A stretch of 64,000 nucleotides of DNA from a virus (lineage: Duplodnaviria; Caudoviricetes), in the IMG/VR virus record IMGVR_UViG_3300039189_000053, positions 2,012 to 66,011 of that record, one strand, 5' to 3'. Numbering within the stretch: position 1 is the first letter of the stretch; every line of letters begins with the position of its first letter. The notes under the pieces were generated by a model that was given only the letters and a program-made list of their open reading frames with translations, was not told where the DNA came from and made no database searches. Below are positions 39,132-47,937 of the stretch, in pieces. A program made the translations under genes and the position numbers.

Positions 39132-39323
39132 ATGAGCCGTCAATCACCTTTCGAGTCTGTCTATCACGTTCGCATCTTCGATGAGTCTGGTGCTCAGCTC
39201 GACATTAACAACCTCACTCGTGATGAGTTGTCTGATTTCAACGAGAGCCACGAGACTGATGATCTCAACTACTCAGTGACTGCTGATCGTCCACGTCCTG
39301 TCAGGGTTCGTGGGTATGCCTGA
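39132..39323 (+). CDS. Early hypothetical protein
   Basis: GGAG RBS before ATG 39132. Confidence 0.65.
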   Translation: MSRQSPFESVYHVRIFDESGAQLDINNLTRDELSDFNESHETDDLNYSVTADRPRPVRVRGYA

Positions 39324-39438
39324 GTGGTGGATAAACCTGCCTACAGGCATGGCTGACGCCATTGTAGTGGTCGGTGGTATGAGCATCTTGGGTGCTTATG
39401 CTGCCGTCGCACAGTGGTGGGAGACGCGTGCTAAATGA
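39316..39438 (+). CDS. Small single-TM protein (40 aa)
   Basis: MPEWWINLPTGMADAIVVVGGMSILGAYAAVAQWWETRAK; followed by a TTCG-loop hairpin. Confidence 0.55.
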   Translation: MPEWWINLPTGMADAIVVVGGMSILGAYAAVAQWWETRAK

Positions 39439-39599
39439 CCACCTTCGGGTGGTCTGTTCTTTATCGAGTGCACCGATAGTTGCGAAGTTTTTATTCAATA
39501 AAACCAGTTGAACATCACCTTTCTGTCATTAAACTGCACGCCTGTCGATAAATGTGACATCTATCACAAAACGACAGGCTCTTATCTGGAGCCACCTCT

Positions 39600-39737
39600 A
39601 TGAGCAATTACTTGTTCATCAATTACTTTTGTCCTGTCTGCGGTTACTCGTGGGAAAACAACATGCCATACGGGACAGTCGCTGGTCCCTGTGAATGTCC
39701 GAACTGTGAAGAGCCTGTTCAGGGAACGGTCAGGTAA
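39600..39737 (+). CDS. Small zinc-ribbon protein (45 aa)
   Basis: CPVC...CPNC; GGAG RBS. Confidence 0.65.
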   Translation: MSNYLFINYFCPVCGYSWENNMPYGTVAGPCECPNCEEPVQGTVR

Positions 39738-39743
39738 AGAAAC

Positions 39744-39759
39744 ACAGCTCTGCTGTTAC
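39744..39759 (+). promoter_or_regulatory. vRNAP-type hairpin promoter (class A)
   Basis: ACAGC-TCT-GCTGT upstream of the gp2-like gene. Confidence 0.65.
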
Positions 39760-39823
39760 ACGGACAAGACCACGGCATTCCGTCGTGGCACTGCTTAATA
39801 CCCTCAAAATTTGGAGAAATATC

Positions 39824-40120
39824 ATGGCCTTTACCTCATCGAACTCAAACCTCCGCTCAATGAACGGCGGCGCTGCAAACAACGAGAACAAGCCAGACGC
39901 GTACCTGAACGTGTATCTGCCCAAGCGTGGCGGTCAGCGTGCCAAACTGGGTGCGTTCAAGCTCTGGCTGAACAAGAAGACCGATGGCCAGATCATCGAG
40001 CATCTGCGTAACGCGCCGAACCTCGAAGAAGCTCTGGAACAGATGAAAGAGCGTCTGGAATTGGACTTCTACTTCGTGACTGACGAAGTGACTCAAGAAG
40101 ACGAACTCATGCTGGGCTAA
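39824..40120 (+). CDS. ssDNA-binding RNAP II activator (N4 gp2 / Drc-like)
   Basis: MAF...KPDAYLNVYLP..GG.RAKLG pattern; early position. Confidence 0.8.
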   Translation: MAFTSSNSNLRSMNGGAANNENKPDAYLNVYLPKRGGQRAKLGAFKLWLNKKTDGQIIEHLRNAPNLEEALEQMKERLELDFYFVTDEVTQEDELMLG

Positions 40121-40256
40121 AAACCCTTCGCGATCACCCATTCGGGTGGTCGCTTCTTCTTTCCCTACACGTTAAACGATCACTGGTGCCCAGGCAGACA
40201 GGTGTGCATCTGTACGCCGCTGGCGTCATAGGGATTCATTCACTTGGGAGAACTCT

Positions 40257-40700
40257 ATGCCTGTCTTTATGACTGGAGATATGTGGAGTGTGTTCGATGA
40301 AGTTGATTACTTCGTCATCACCACCAACGCCATTATTAAGCGCAATGGCGCTGTTGTTATGGGTGCTGGCATTGCCAAACAGATGCGGGACAAGTATCCC
40401 GGCATCGACGTTGAAATTGGTAAACGCATCAAAGCCGAGTGCGGTTCTGGCGGTGAGTACGGCCTGTTGCTAGGCAACAAAGTCGGTGCCTTTCAGGTGA
40501 AGCATCACTACAAAGATATGGCCAACCTGTACCTGATCAAGATGGCTGCAACCAGTCTTGACCAGGAAGCCAGAGCCAATCCCGATAAGACCTATGCCCT
40601 GAACTATCCCGGCATTGGTAACGGTGGCCTAGCTCCATGGGCTGTTGCTCCGTTGCTTCAGAACCTTCCCGACAATGTCCAGATCTGGACTTTCAAATAG
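40257..40700 (+). CDS. Macro-domain (ADP-ribose binding/hydrolase) protein
   Basis: GDMW, ITTN, VMGAGIA and PGIGNGGL. Confidence 0.85.
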   Translation: MPVFMTGDMWSVFDEVDYFVITTNAIIKRNGAVVMGAGIAKQMRDKYPGIDVEIGKRIKAECGSGGEYGLLLGNKVGAFQVKHHYKDMANLYLIKMAATSLDQEARANPDKTYALNYPGIGNGGLAPWAVAPLLQNLPDNVQIWTFK

Positions 40701-40708
40701 GAACTTTC

Positions 40709-41644
40709 ATGACCGCACAAATGCTGCCGCATGACGCTCAGCTCGCCATTGAGCACACGTATTCACGCAAGTTCATTGATATTTACATTGATCAGGAGAT
40801 TCGCAACAACCCAGACAGCGAAGCCAAAGTTCATCAGGGCGTGCAACTGCTGGAAGCCTTCCGTAACACGCACCACACCACAACCCGTCAGGGTGAGGTA
40901 GTGGAATTCAAATCAAAGAATGACCGTATGGCCCAGATTCAGTATCTGGAGTTAGAGCCATTGGTCCGTCAGATCTTCATTGGTGTCTGCTACTGCCAGA
41001 TCCCTGAACTGTTCACCAATATCACCGCTCAACTGGCTGATCGTCTGTCATTTGATGACAAGCGTGACTCCATCATGACCATTGGAGAAATGGTCGCTGT
41101 GCTGTGCCAGACCGACGCGTTTGACATTATCAAGCCCAGTCAAGAAGCCAGTCTGATCATTCAGTCCAACATGGTGCTGTCCAATCAACTGTTGGACTGC
41201 ATCGAACGTTCCAACTACCTGCCACCCATGATCTGTCCGCCACAGGTCGTCACCAACAACTTTGAAAGTGGGTATCTCACTCACAACGACTGCCTGATTC
41301 TAGGCAAGAAGAACGGTCACAACGACGATATTTGTCTGGACGTGATCAACAAGCAAAACCAAATCCCACTCAAACTTGATCTGAAGTTTCTGTCTACCGT
41401 GGAGGAAGAACCCACGTTTAATTTGGACACACAAGACAAGATCCAGAACTGGAGCGCGTTTAAACATCAATCCTATGAGATGTATCGGCTGATCAAAGAC
41501 CGTGAGTTCTACCTGACCAACAAGGTCGACAAGCGCGGTCGTGGCTACGCGCAGGGGTACCACATATCAACCCAAGCAGTGGCTTTTAAGAAGGCCATGA
41601 TTGAATTTGCAGACGAGGAGATCGTCGAGGGAGTCCCTACATGA
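40709..41644 (+). CDS. RNA polymerase II subunit 1 (N4 gp15-like)
   Basis: YLPPMICPP, NFESGYL and VDKRGRGYAQGYH (DxRGR motif). Confidence 0.93.
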   Translation: MTAQMLPHDAQLAIEHTYSRKFIDIYIDQEIRNNPDSEAKVHQGVQLLEAFRNTHHTTTRQGEVVEFKSKNDRMAQIQYLELEPLVRQIFIGVCYCQIPELFTNITAQLADRLSFDDKRDSIMTIGEMVAVLCQTDAFDIIKPSQEASLIIQSNMVLSNQLLDCIERSNYLPPMICPPQVVTNNFESGYLTHNDCLILGKKNGHNDDICLDVINKQNQIPLKLDLKFLSTVEEEPTFNLDTQDKIQNWSAFKHQSYEMYRLIKDREFYLTNKVDKRGRGYAQGYHISTQAVAFKKAMIEFADEEIVEGVPT

Positions 41645-41913
41645 CTGAAACAACTCCGTTATATCTGTGGCTGGTTATCCGTACTGCCCAACCATGGTCG
41701 CCAGTATATGACATGTACGACTCAATGGTGGTTGCCGCCTATACCGAGTCTGAAGCCCAGTACACGCACCCAGAGGGCAAATCCATGCCCTTCCCATTCG
41801 ATGAGTTTGACCCATGGACGGGTGATCCAAACCACGTCTCTGTTGCCCGTATTGGCTTAGCCGATCCAGACATAAATCCCGGAATCATTTTCAAATCTTT
41901 TAACGCTGGATAA
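41641..41913 (+). CDS. Hypothetical phage protein
   Basis: YDMYDSMVVAAYTESEA..THP...SFNAG pattern common in small phage ORFs. Confidence 0.7.
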   Translation: MTETTPLYLWLVIRTAQPWSPVYDMYDSMVVAAYTESEAQYTHPEGKSMPFPFDEFDPWTGDPNHVSVARIGLADPDINPGIIFKSFNAG

Positions 41914-41924
41914 GGCATACCAAT

Positions 41925-42050
41925 ATGAGCATCACGCCCATGACTTAAGAGGAAATGATGGAAGGTCCAGTTCCCGAATGGGCCATCGACCGTGCCAAAG
42001 GCAAATTTGTCCTTGGCGCTCAACTACCAACCCGAGACCTAAAACTATGA
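41925..42050 (+). pseudogene. Degraded small ORF
   Basis: MSITPMT*EEMMEGPVPEWAIDRAKGKFVLGAQLPTRDLKL*, with an in-frame TAA at 41946. Confidence 0.4.
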
Positions 42051-42334
42051 AACTGTACCACTGGAGCTCCAAAGTTCTCTCGGCCTACAGCGATGGCGAT
42101 ATTGTCGTCATGGCTGAGAGCGTGGAACAGGCCCGAGACAAGGTCTACGCCCAATTCAAACCACTGGACGACGGCAACCCGTTCGAGGATCACTACTTGT
42201 CCTGCCTGCATCAATCCGGGGATGCGGACTACGCAGACGAATACGACAAGAAACTCAGTGTTTTACGGGAAGACCTGAACCAAGAACCCACCGTCATTGA
42301 AAACGGTGTGGTGTGTATTCGCGGATCTGATTAA
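42047..42334 (+). CDS. Hypothetical protein
   Basis: Phage-like ORF MKLYHW...GDIVVMAESVEQAR. Confidence 0.65.
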   Translation: MKLYHWSSKVLSAYSDGDIVVMAESVEQARDKVYAQFKPLDDGNPFEDHYLSCLHQSGDADYADEYDKKLSVLREDLNQEPTVIENGVVCIRGSD

Positions 42335-42358
42335 AAACAAACAACTGGGAGAGAACTC

Positions 42359-43606
42359 ATGCAGCTATTCACTGGATATGAGTACCTGCTCATCGACGCA
42401 GGCAACCACTTCGGACTGGACAAAGAGAACTTTGAAAATCGAATCCAGTACATGGAAACGTACATCGACGATCTCGAGAGCCTGACCGATCAAGCCGATG
42501 AGCCTGAACTGTACGCCAAAGCTGTCGCGGCCATTCGTCGCGCACAGGCTGGCGAAGCCATTGGCCACATGGTGGGCTTTGACTCTGTGTGCTCTGGTAT
42601 GCAGATCATGTCGGCTATTACTGGCTGTGAAGCCGGGGCTGACGCCACTGGACTGATTGATCCCAATCGCCGTGCTGACGCTTACACCGACTGCACTGGC
42701 ATCATGCGTCGCTTCATTCCCGGGCTACCGGACTCCAAGCGTGACAACGTCAAGAATGCCGTGATGACGAGCCTGTACGGTTCAATGGCCGAGCCAAAGA
42801 AAGAATTTGGCGATGGTACAGCCGAACTCAATGCCTTTTACAAGGCTATGTACATACTCGCTCCCGGTGCCGTGGAGCTGCTGGATGACCTTCTCAAGTC
42901 GTGGAAGCCTTACGCTTTGGCTCACCAATGGACACTGCCTGACGGCTTTGTGGCCAACGTGAAAGTCATCGCTGAAGTCGAGAAGCGCATTGATTTGGAC
43001 GAGTTGGGTGGCGCCAGCTTCACCTATCACTACCGTGAAAACGCGGGCTGTGAGTACGACCGGAAGAACGCAGCCAACGTGGTGCACAGCATTGACGCTT
43101 ACGTGCTGCGGAGCCTGATCCGTCGCTGCAACTATGACCGTGAACAGGCTGAATGGGCTTACAACTACATTGAGATGATGCTATCGGAGCGTCACATGGG
43201 TGTGAGCCATCAGGTCGACACGTTCTGGCTGAACGAGGACTTTCAGCGCCTGCAACAGCGGTACAACGAGACTGGTATGCCTGACATTCGGATTCTGGAT
43301 TACGTCCAAAAGTTTGAGATGAGAGCCATGAGCACTCAGCACCTCAAGCAACTGAAGCGTATCCTGAACCAGATGCTGGAACACAAACCGTTCCCGATCA
43401 TCGCGGTACACGATGAGTTCAAGTGCCACCCGAACCACATGAACTACCTTCGGGCGCACTACATCGAGATCATGGCTGGCCTTGCCGAGTCCGTGATCCT
43501 CGATGACATACTGAACACGTTGTATGAAACCACCGGTGGCACCTTCCCGAAGAAGTCCAAGGATCTTGCCAGCAAGATTCGCAAATCCAACTACGCCATC
43601 TGTTAA
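42359..43606 (+). CDS. RNA polymerase II subunit 2 (N4 gp16-like)
   Basis: DSVCSGMQI (A), RDNVKNAVMTSLYG (B), ANVVHSIDA and VHDEF (C). Confidence 0.95.
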   Translation: MQLFTGYEYLLIDAGNHFGLDKENFENRIQYMETYIDDLESLTDQADEPELYAKAVAAIRRAQAGEAIGHMVGFDSVCSGMQIMSAITGCEAGADATGLIDPNRRADAYTDCTGIMRRFIPGLPDSKRDNVKNAVMTSLYGSMAEPKKEFGDGTAELNAFYKAMYILAPGAVELLDDLLKSWKPYALAHQWTLPDGFVANVKVIAEVEKRIDLDELGGASFTYHYRENAGCEYDRKNAANVVHSIDAYVLRSLIRRCNYDREQAEWAYNYIEMMLSERHMGVSHQVDTFWLNEDFQRLQQRYNETGMPDIRILDYVQKFEMRAMSTQHLKQLKRILNQMLEHKPFPIIAVHDEFKCHPNHMNYLRAHYIEIMAGLAESVILDDILNTLYETTGGTFPKKSKDLASKIRKSNYAIC

Positions 43607-43624
43607 TTACATAACAAGTTACAC

Positions 43625-43697
43625 GCGCCATTCTGGCGCTCTGTGAAGGCTTCGCCTTTAAGTTCAGTCCCTAACGGGGCTGGACTTCATTTTTTCT
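43625..43697 (+). promoter_or_regulatory. Class B hairpin, then a canonical GAA-loop hairpin, then a terminator
   Basis: GCGCCA-TTC-TGGCGC-TCTGTG, AAGGC-TTC-GCCTT and AAGTTCAGTCCC-TAAC-GGGGCTGGACTT with a T tract. Confidence 0.6.
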
Positions 43698-43878
43698 CAC
43701 TTCTTCCCAGTGAACTTCCCCAGTCGCTTGGTCACCTGAACAGACGGTGACCAGGCTCCCTATTCCGTGCTGATCCGCAAATCTGTGGGCCAGACAGTCA
43801 GACAGTCATGTTTGACAAACCGATAGCCTAAGTTCCCCAAAAACGCACTTTCCCACTATATGTTACCGAGGTATTACT

Positions 43879-44295
43879 ATGTCCCGTTCAACCGCCCTGA
43901 ACTTGCAAGAGAAGCGTGAGATTGCTCACAAATACAGCACCGGTGAAGTCAGTCAAACTGACCTGGCCAGTGAGTTTTTCACTTCCAGACGTACTGTTCA
44001 GCGTGCCCTGATCGACATGGGTGTTATCAGTCAGTACAACGAAAAGAAACCACGCCTGGTCACCGCTGAAGAAGAAGAGATACTGGCTCGCGTTAAACGC
44101 CGGGGCCTGAATCCTCCTGCACTGGAACGTGCATTGAACTCCCCGGCCATGACCAAAGACAACGTTCGACTGTTCCTCAGTCGCATGGAACCGGTCGACT
44201 TTGCAGACACGCTGTACGTCGTGGGTTATTTGCGAGTGCAGACTATCTCCAAAGAACTCAACGACCGTAAGCAACAAGAGGCTGCCAATGGCTAA
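43879..44295 (+). CDS. HTH DNA-binding protein
   Basis: SQTDLASEFFTSRRTVQRAL. Confidence 0.8.
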   Translation: MSRSTALNLQEKREIAHKYSTGEVSQTDLASEFFTSRRTVQRALIDMGVISQYNEKKPRLVTAEEEEILARVKRRGLNPPALERALNSPAMTKDNVRLFLSRMEPVDFADTLYVVGYLRVQTISKELNDRKQQEAANG

Positions 44296-44464
44296 TCAAG
44301 CTGTACAGCCCAAGACGCTGTATCCCCGAAAAGACACGGTTGAAGAAGCTGTGCAGTACATCAGTGCTCAGCTTCCAATCACCAGTAACAACGAACTCAC
44401 TGCGGCCCTGGCGCTGTATCACAACAGCCTGCTGCATGAGCTTCAAGAGGAAGCCAATGACTGA
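44288..44464 (+). CDS. Hypothetical protein
   Basis: Coupled ORF; LPIT..NEL.A.L..YHNSLL. Confidence 0.65.
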   Translation: MANQAVQPKTLYPRKDTVEEAVQYISAQLPITSNNELTAALALYHNSLLHELQEEAND

Positions 44465-44696
44465 CCACGAAGCCCTACTGGCTATCCAGGAACAACTGGA
44501 CGGCGTGGAATGGGACAGTGAAACCGTCGTAACCATTGCCGCCATCGAAGAAAACTACGTCAACAACACACTGGGCGCACGGTTGATTACAACCTTGTTG
44601 CACCAGTACTTCATTCACGGGGGTCTCCCGAAGCCCGAGGTTAAAAAAACCTCCTTCCAGAAAACCCTCAGTCTTAAAGAGGAGAAAGCGGCGTGA
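44457..44696 (+). CDS. Hypothetical protein
   Basis: GAGGA RBS; coupled ORF. Confidence 0.6.
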   Translation: MTDHEALLAIQEQLDGVEWDSETVVTIAAIEENYVNNTLGARLITTLLHQYFIHGGLPKPEVKKTSFQKTLSLKEEKAA

Positions 44697-44863
44697 CCCC
44701 GGAACAAACAAAAACCGTCAATGAACTCCGTTCTGAAGGTTACGCCATAGCTGCTTTTACTCCTGATGAAATCGGTAAAGCAGATACCGGCACCCTCGAA
44801 GACATTATGGTTGAGCGCGGATGGAACTACATCAATTACGCACAAATACAAGAAGAAGAATAA
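44693..44863 (+). CDS. Hypothetical protein (56 aa)
   Basis: GTG start with AGGAG RBS; MTPEQTKTVNELRSEGYAIAAFTPDEIG. Confidence 0.65.
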   Translation: MTPEQTKTVNELRSEGYAIAAFTPDEIGKADTGTLEDIMVERGWNYINYAQIQEEE

Positions 44864-45201
44864 TGGACATTACAGAAGCAACCGCAGAAGACTTTATCTC
44901 CTTTGTTACCCGTATCGCAGCAGAAACACCTGACCGACCCATTGATCATTGGGGCGGTTGGAATCGTTGTGTAGTTGGTGACTTTGCTCTTGAAGCGTGT
45001 GATCCCGTGGAGGATGAGATTGATATTGGTGACGAGCCCTACCGATTTCTTAACTACGCCGCCCATGAAGACAGAGATGTAGAAGAAGAGTCTTCCCTAT
45101 ATCATATCGTAAATGACTGTACATCAAGCCTCGTAACCTACGGCACATTTGCAGTAGCGGTCACAGCGGCCTACGAAGAGGACAAACGACATGGCTGGTA
45201 A
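44863..45201 (+). CDS. Hypothetical acidic protein
   Basis: TAATG-coupled ORF. Confidence 0.6.
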   Translation: MDITEATAEDFISFVTRIAAETPDRPIDHWGGWNRCVVGDFALEACDPVEDEIDIGDEPYRFLNYAAHEDRDVEEESSLYHIVNDCTSSLVTYGTFAVAVTAAYEEDKRHGW

Positions 45202-46303
45202 TTTCATCAAGTTGTATCAGAACCACGGCGGAACCATTGGCTACTGGTCAGCCTGGGTTGAAGAAGGCGGCCGTGTCTTTGTTCAGTACGCCAAAACTCT
45301 GGACGGTAAACCCGTTCGCAAAGAGTATCAGGCGTACGCCAAGAACGAAGGCCGAGCCAATGCGACCACACCTTTTGAACAGGGTTGCCTGGAAGTAGAC
45401 AGCAAAGCCCGTCTGAAAATGGACAAAGGCTATGTGAAGACCCCGGCTGAAGCAGAGGCACCCAGCACCAATAGCCTGGGCCTACTCAAGCCCATGCTGG
45501 CCACACCCATAGAGAAGATCAAGCCAGAGAAGATCGACTGGGATGACGCCTTCGTACAGCCCAAGCTGGATGGTCACCGGGCATTGTTCACAGACGGTGT
45601 CCTGTACTCCCGCCAGGGTAAGGTACTGGATCTACCCCACATCGTTGAGGCGATTGAAGCAGCCGGCATCGAAGACATGCACCTAGATGGGGAACTGTAC
45701 ATCCATGGCAAGTCCTTACAGGAAATGTCGAAGCTCATCAAAAAGCACCGGCCCGAGTCCTTGGACATTGAGTACCACATCTATGACCAGATCCTGGACG
45801 AACCCTTCCTAACGCGAATCTGCCGATTAGGGAATTCCGTGTCTCATTGGCCGGCAAGCTCACCCCTCAAAGCTGTACCCACTCACAAAGTGGAGTCCAT
45901 GGAACAGTTGATGGAGTTCCACGCGCATTACCGTGAAGCAGGTTACGAAGGTACCATGATTCGTTTTGGCAAAGAGCATTACCGGGACGGCAAACGTTCA
46001 CGGACTCTGCTCAAGATGAAAGAGTTCCAGGACGAAGAGTTCTGTATTGTCGGTGTCCGAGAAGGCAAACCTTACGTCACTGACAAGGGAACCTTTCAGG
46101 TACCGGTCTGGGTGTGCTGTCTCAAAGATGATGCCAGCAAAACATTCACCGTGACTGCTGCAGGCACCATGCAGGAAAAGCATGACCAGTGGGTAAACCA
46201 GGATGACCACCTGTACAAATTTCTCACTGTGAAATTCCACTACTACAGCAGTGATGGCATTCCTCAACTACCAATAGCTCTGCGCTTCCAAGAACTCGTT
46301 TGA
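45191..46303 (+). CDS. ATP-dependent DNA ligase with N-terminal WGR-like domain
   Basis: PMLA, QPKLDGHR, LDGELY, YEGTMIR and LLKMK. Confidence 0.93.
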   Translation: MAGNFIKLYQNHGGTIGYWSAWVEEGGRVFVQYAKTLDGKPVRKEYQAYAKNEGRANATTPFEQGCLEVDSKARLKMDKGYVKTPAEAEAPSTNSLGLLKPMLATPIEKIKPEKIDWDDAFVQPKLDGHRALFTDGVLYSRQGKVLDLPHIVEAIEAAGIEDMHLDGELYIHGKSLQEMSKLIKKHRPESLDIEYHIYDQILDEPFLTRICRLGNSVSHWPASSPLKAVPTHKVESMEQLMEFHAHYREAGYEGTMIRFGKEHYRDGKRSRTLLKMKEFQDEEFCIVGVREGKPYVTDKGTFQVPVWVCCLKDDASKTFTVTAAGTMQEKHDQWVNQDDHLYKFLTVKFHYYSSDGIPQLPIALRFQELV

Positions 46304-46310
46304 TTCACAC

Positions 46311-46332
46311 GCGCCGTCCCGGCGCTCAGTGA
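46311..46332 (+). promoter_or_regulatory. Class B hairpin motif
   Basis: GCGCCG-TCC-CGGCGC-TCAGTGA. Confidence 0.6.
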
Positions 46333-46363
46333 TTTTTCTAACACCACCAAAAGGATTTAACTC

Positions 46364-47389
46364 ATGGCATTTGAAGTCAGCTTGTCGCAAGCCAAGCAAA
46401 TGGTTACCGACTGTCTGTTCGCAAAACTCGTTCCCATGGTTACCGGATCACCCGGCATGGGCAAATCAGCCATCTTTCACCAGATCGCTAAAGAACTGAA
46501 CCTAAAAACCATCGACGTTCGCCTGGCACAGTGCGATCCAACTGACCTTTTGGGCTTTCCCAGTGTTGATGAGGCAACCGGCAAAGCCTTTTACCGCCCA
46601 ATGGACATATTCCCATTGGAAGGCGATCCCATTCCAGAAGGCTACGACGGCTGGCTAATTATCATGGATGAGATGAACAGTGCCGATAAGGACGTTCAGA
46701 AGGCCTGCTACAAAACCATCTATGACCAGATGGTGGGCAACACACCGTTGCACCCCAACTGTGTCATTGGTGCAGCCGGCAACCTGGATACCGATAACGC
46801 TATCGTTGAGGAATTGTCCACAGCGTTGCAGTCACGCATGATCCACATTCAAACCACCGTGAATCTCCAAGAGTGGTTGGATTGGTCATCAGAAGCCGGT
46901 ATTGATTACCGCGTGCGGTCTTACCTGAAGTTTGAGCCAAAGAACCTGTTCAACTTCAATCCAGATCACGATGACAAAACGTTCGCGTGCCCACGGACCT
47001 GGGAATTTGTTTCACGGCTGATCCAGCGTAAAGACAAACTCACCTTTACGGATCGTGCATTGCTGGGCGGTACTGTAGGTGAAGGCGTAGGCCGAGTATT
47101 CGCAGGCTTCTGCGATATGATCGACCGGCTTCCCACCATCGACCAGATCACTCGAGATCCAGAAGGCATCACTGTGCCTACAGAACCTTCTGTGCAATGG
47201 GCCACAGCCGGCATGGTGGGTGCTTACGCCAGCAAGGACAACATCAGCAACTTGATGAAGTTCGTCCTACGACTGCCAAAAGAGTTCCAAGTGTTCTCAT
47301 TGCGTGACGCCGTTTGCCGGGACGAGAGTCTGAAAGAAACTCAGGCCCTGCAAGAATGGATCATGCACAACGCCGCTGAGCTGTTCTAA
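46364..47389 (+). CDS. MoxR-like AAA+ ATPase (N4 gp24-like)
   Basis: GSPGMGKS, DPTDLLG, IMDEMN, AAGN and CPRTWE. Confidence 0.9.
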   Translation: MAFEVSLSQAKQMVTDCLFAKLVPMVTGSPGMGKSAIFHQIAKELNLKTIDVRLAQCDPTDLLGFPSVDEATGKAFYRPMDIFPLEGDPIPEGYDGWLIIMDEMNSADKDVQKACYKTIYDQMVGNTPLHPNCVIGAAGNLDTDNAIVEELSTALQSRMIHIQTTVNLQEWLDWSSEAGIDYRVRSYLKFEPKNLFNFNPDHDDKTFACPRTWEFVSRLIQRKDKLTFTDRALLGGTVGEGVGRVFAGFCDMIDRLPTIDQITRDPEGITVPTEPSVQWATAGMVGAYASKDNISNLMKFVLRLPKEFQVFSLRDAVCRDESLKETQALQEWIMHNAAELF

Positions 47390-47422
47390 ATGAACAGCTT
47401 TAGCTGCTAACAGGAGAAACCA

Positions 47423-47935
47423 ATGGCCACGCTGGTTGAATACGCTGCCATTTTCAGTAAAGCCACACACATGGCCGTTGGACAGGTACGCAAGTACACC
47501 GGCGAGCCATACCACACTCACCCCGTCGAAGTTGCCAAGATGGTGGATCGAGTGGGCGGAAATAAATACATGATTGCTGCCGCTCTGCTACATGACGTGG
47601 TAGAAGACACGCACCTAACCCTTCATCAAATCCGTGAAACGTTTGGACCACTGGTAGCGCAATACGTTTACTGGCTCTCCGACCTTCAAACCCCGGAAGA
47701 CGGTAACCGTGCCACCCGTAAGCAACGCGAACGGGAAAAGCTGGCCAAAGCACCGCCCGAGGCCCAAACCATTAAATTGGCCGATCTTATTCACAACAGC
47801 CAATCCATCTTCCAACACGACCCAGACTTTGCACGCGTCTATCTCAAAGAGAAGCGAGCCATTCTGAAAGTGATGACTAAGGGCAACGAACAGTTGTACC
47901 TCAAGGCCTGGGAGATCGTAAACCAACAGGAGTAA
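47423..47935 (+). CDS. Stand-alone HD-domain hydrolase (SpoT-HD / Mesh1-like)
   Basis: H..QVRKYTGEPY..HP, AALLHDVVEDT and IKLADLIHN. Confidence 0.88.
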   Translation: MATLVEYAAIFSKATHMAVGQVRKYTGEPYHTHPVEVAKMVDRVGGNKYMIAAALLHDVVEDTHLTLHQIRETFGPLVAQYVYWLSDLQTPEDGNRATRKQREREKLAKAPPEAQTIKLADLIHNSQSIFQHDPDFARVYLKEKRAILKVMTKGNEQLYLKAWEIVNQQE

Positions 47936-47937
47936 GT

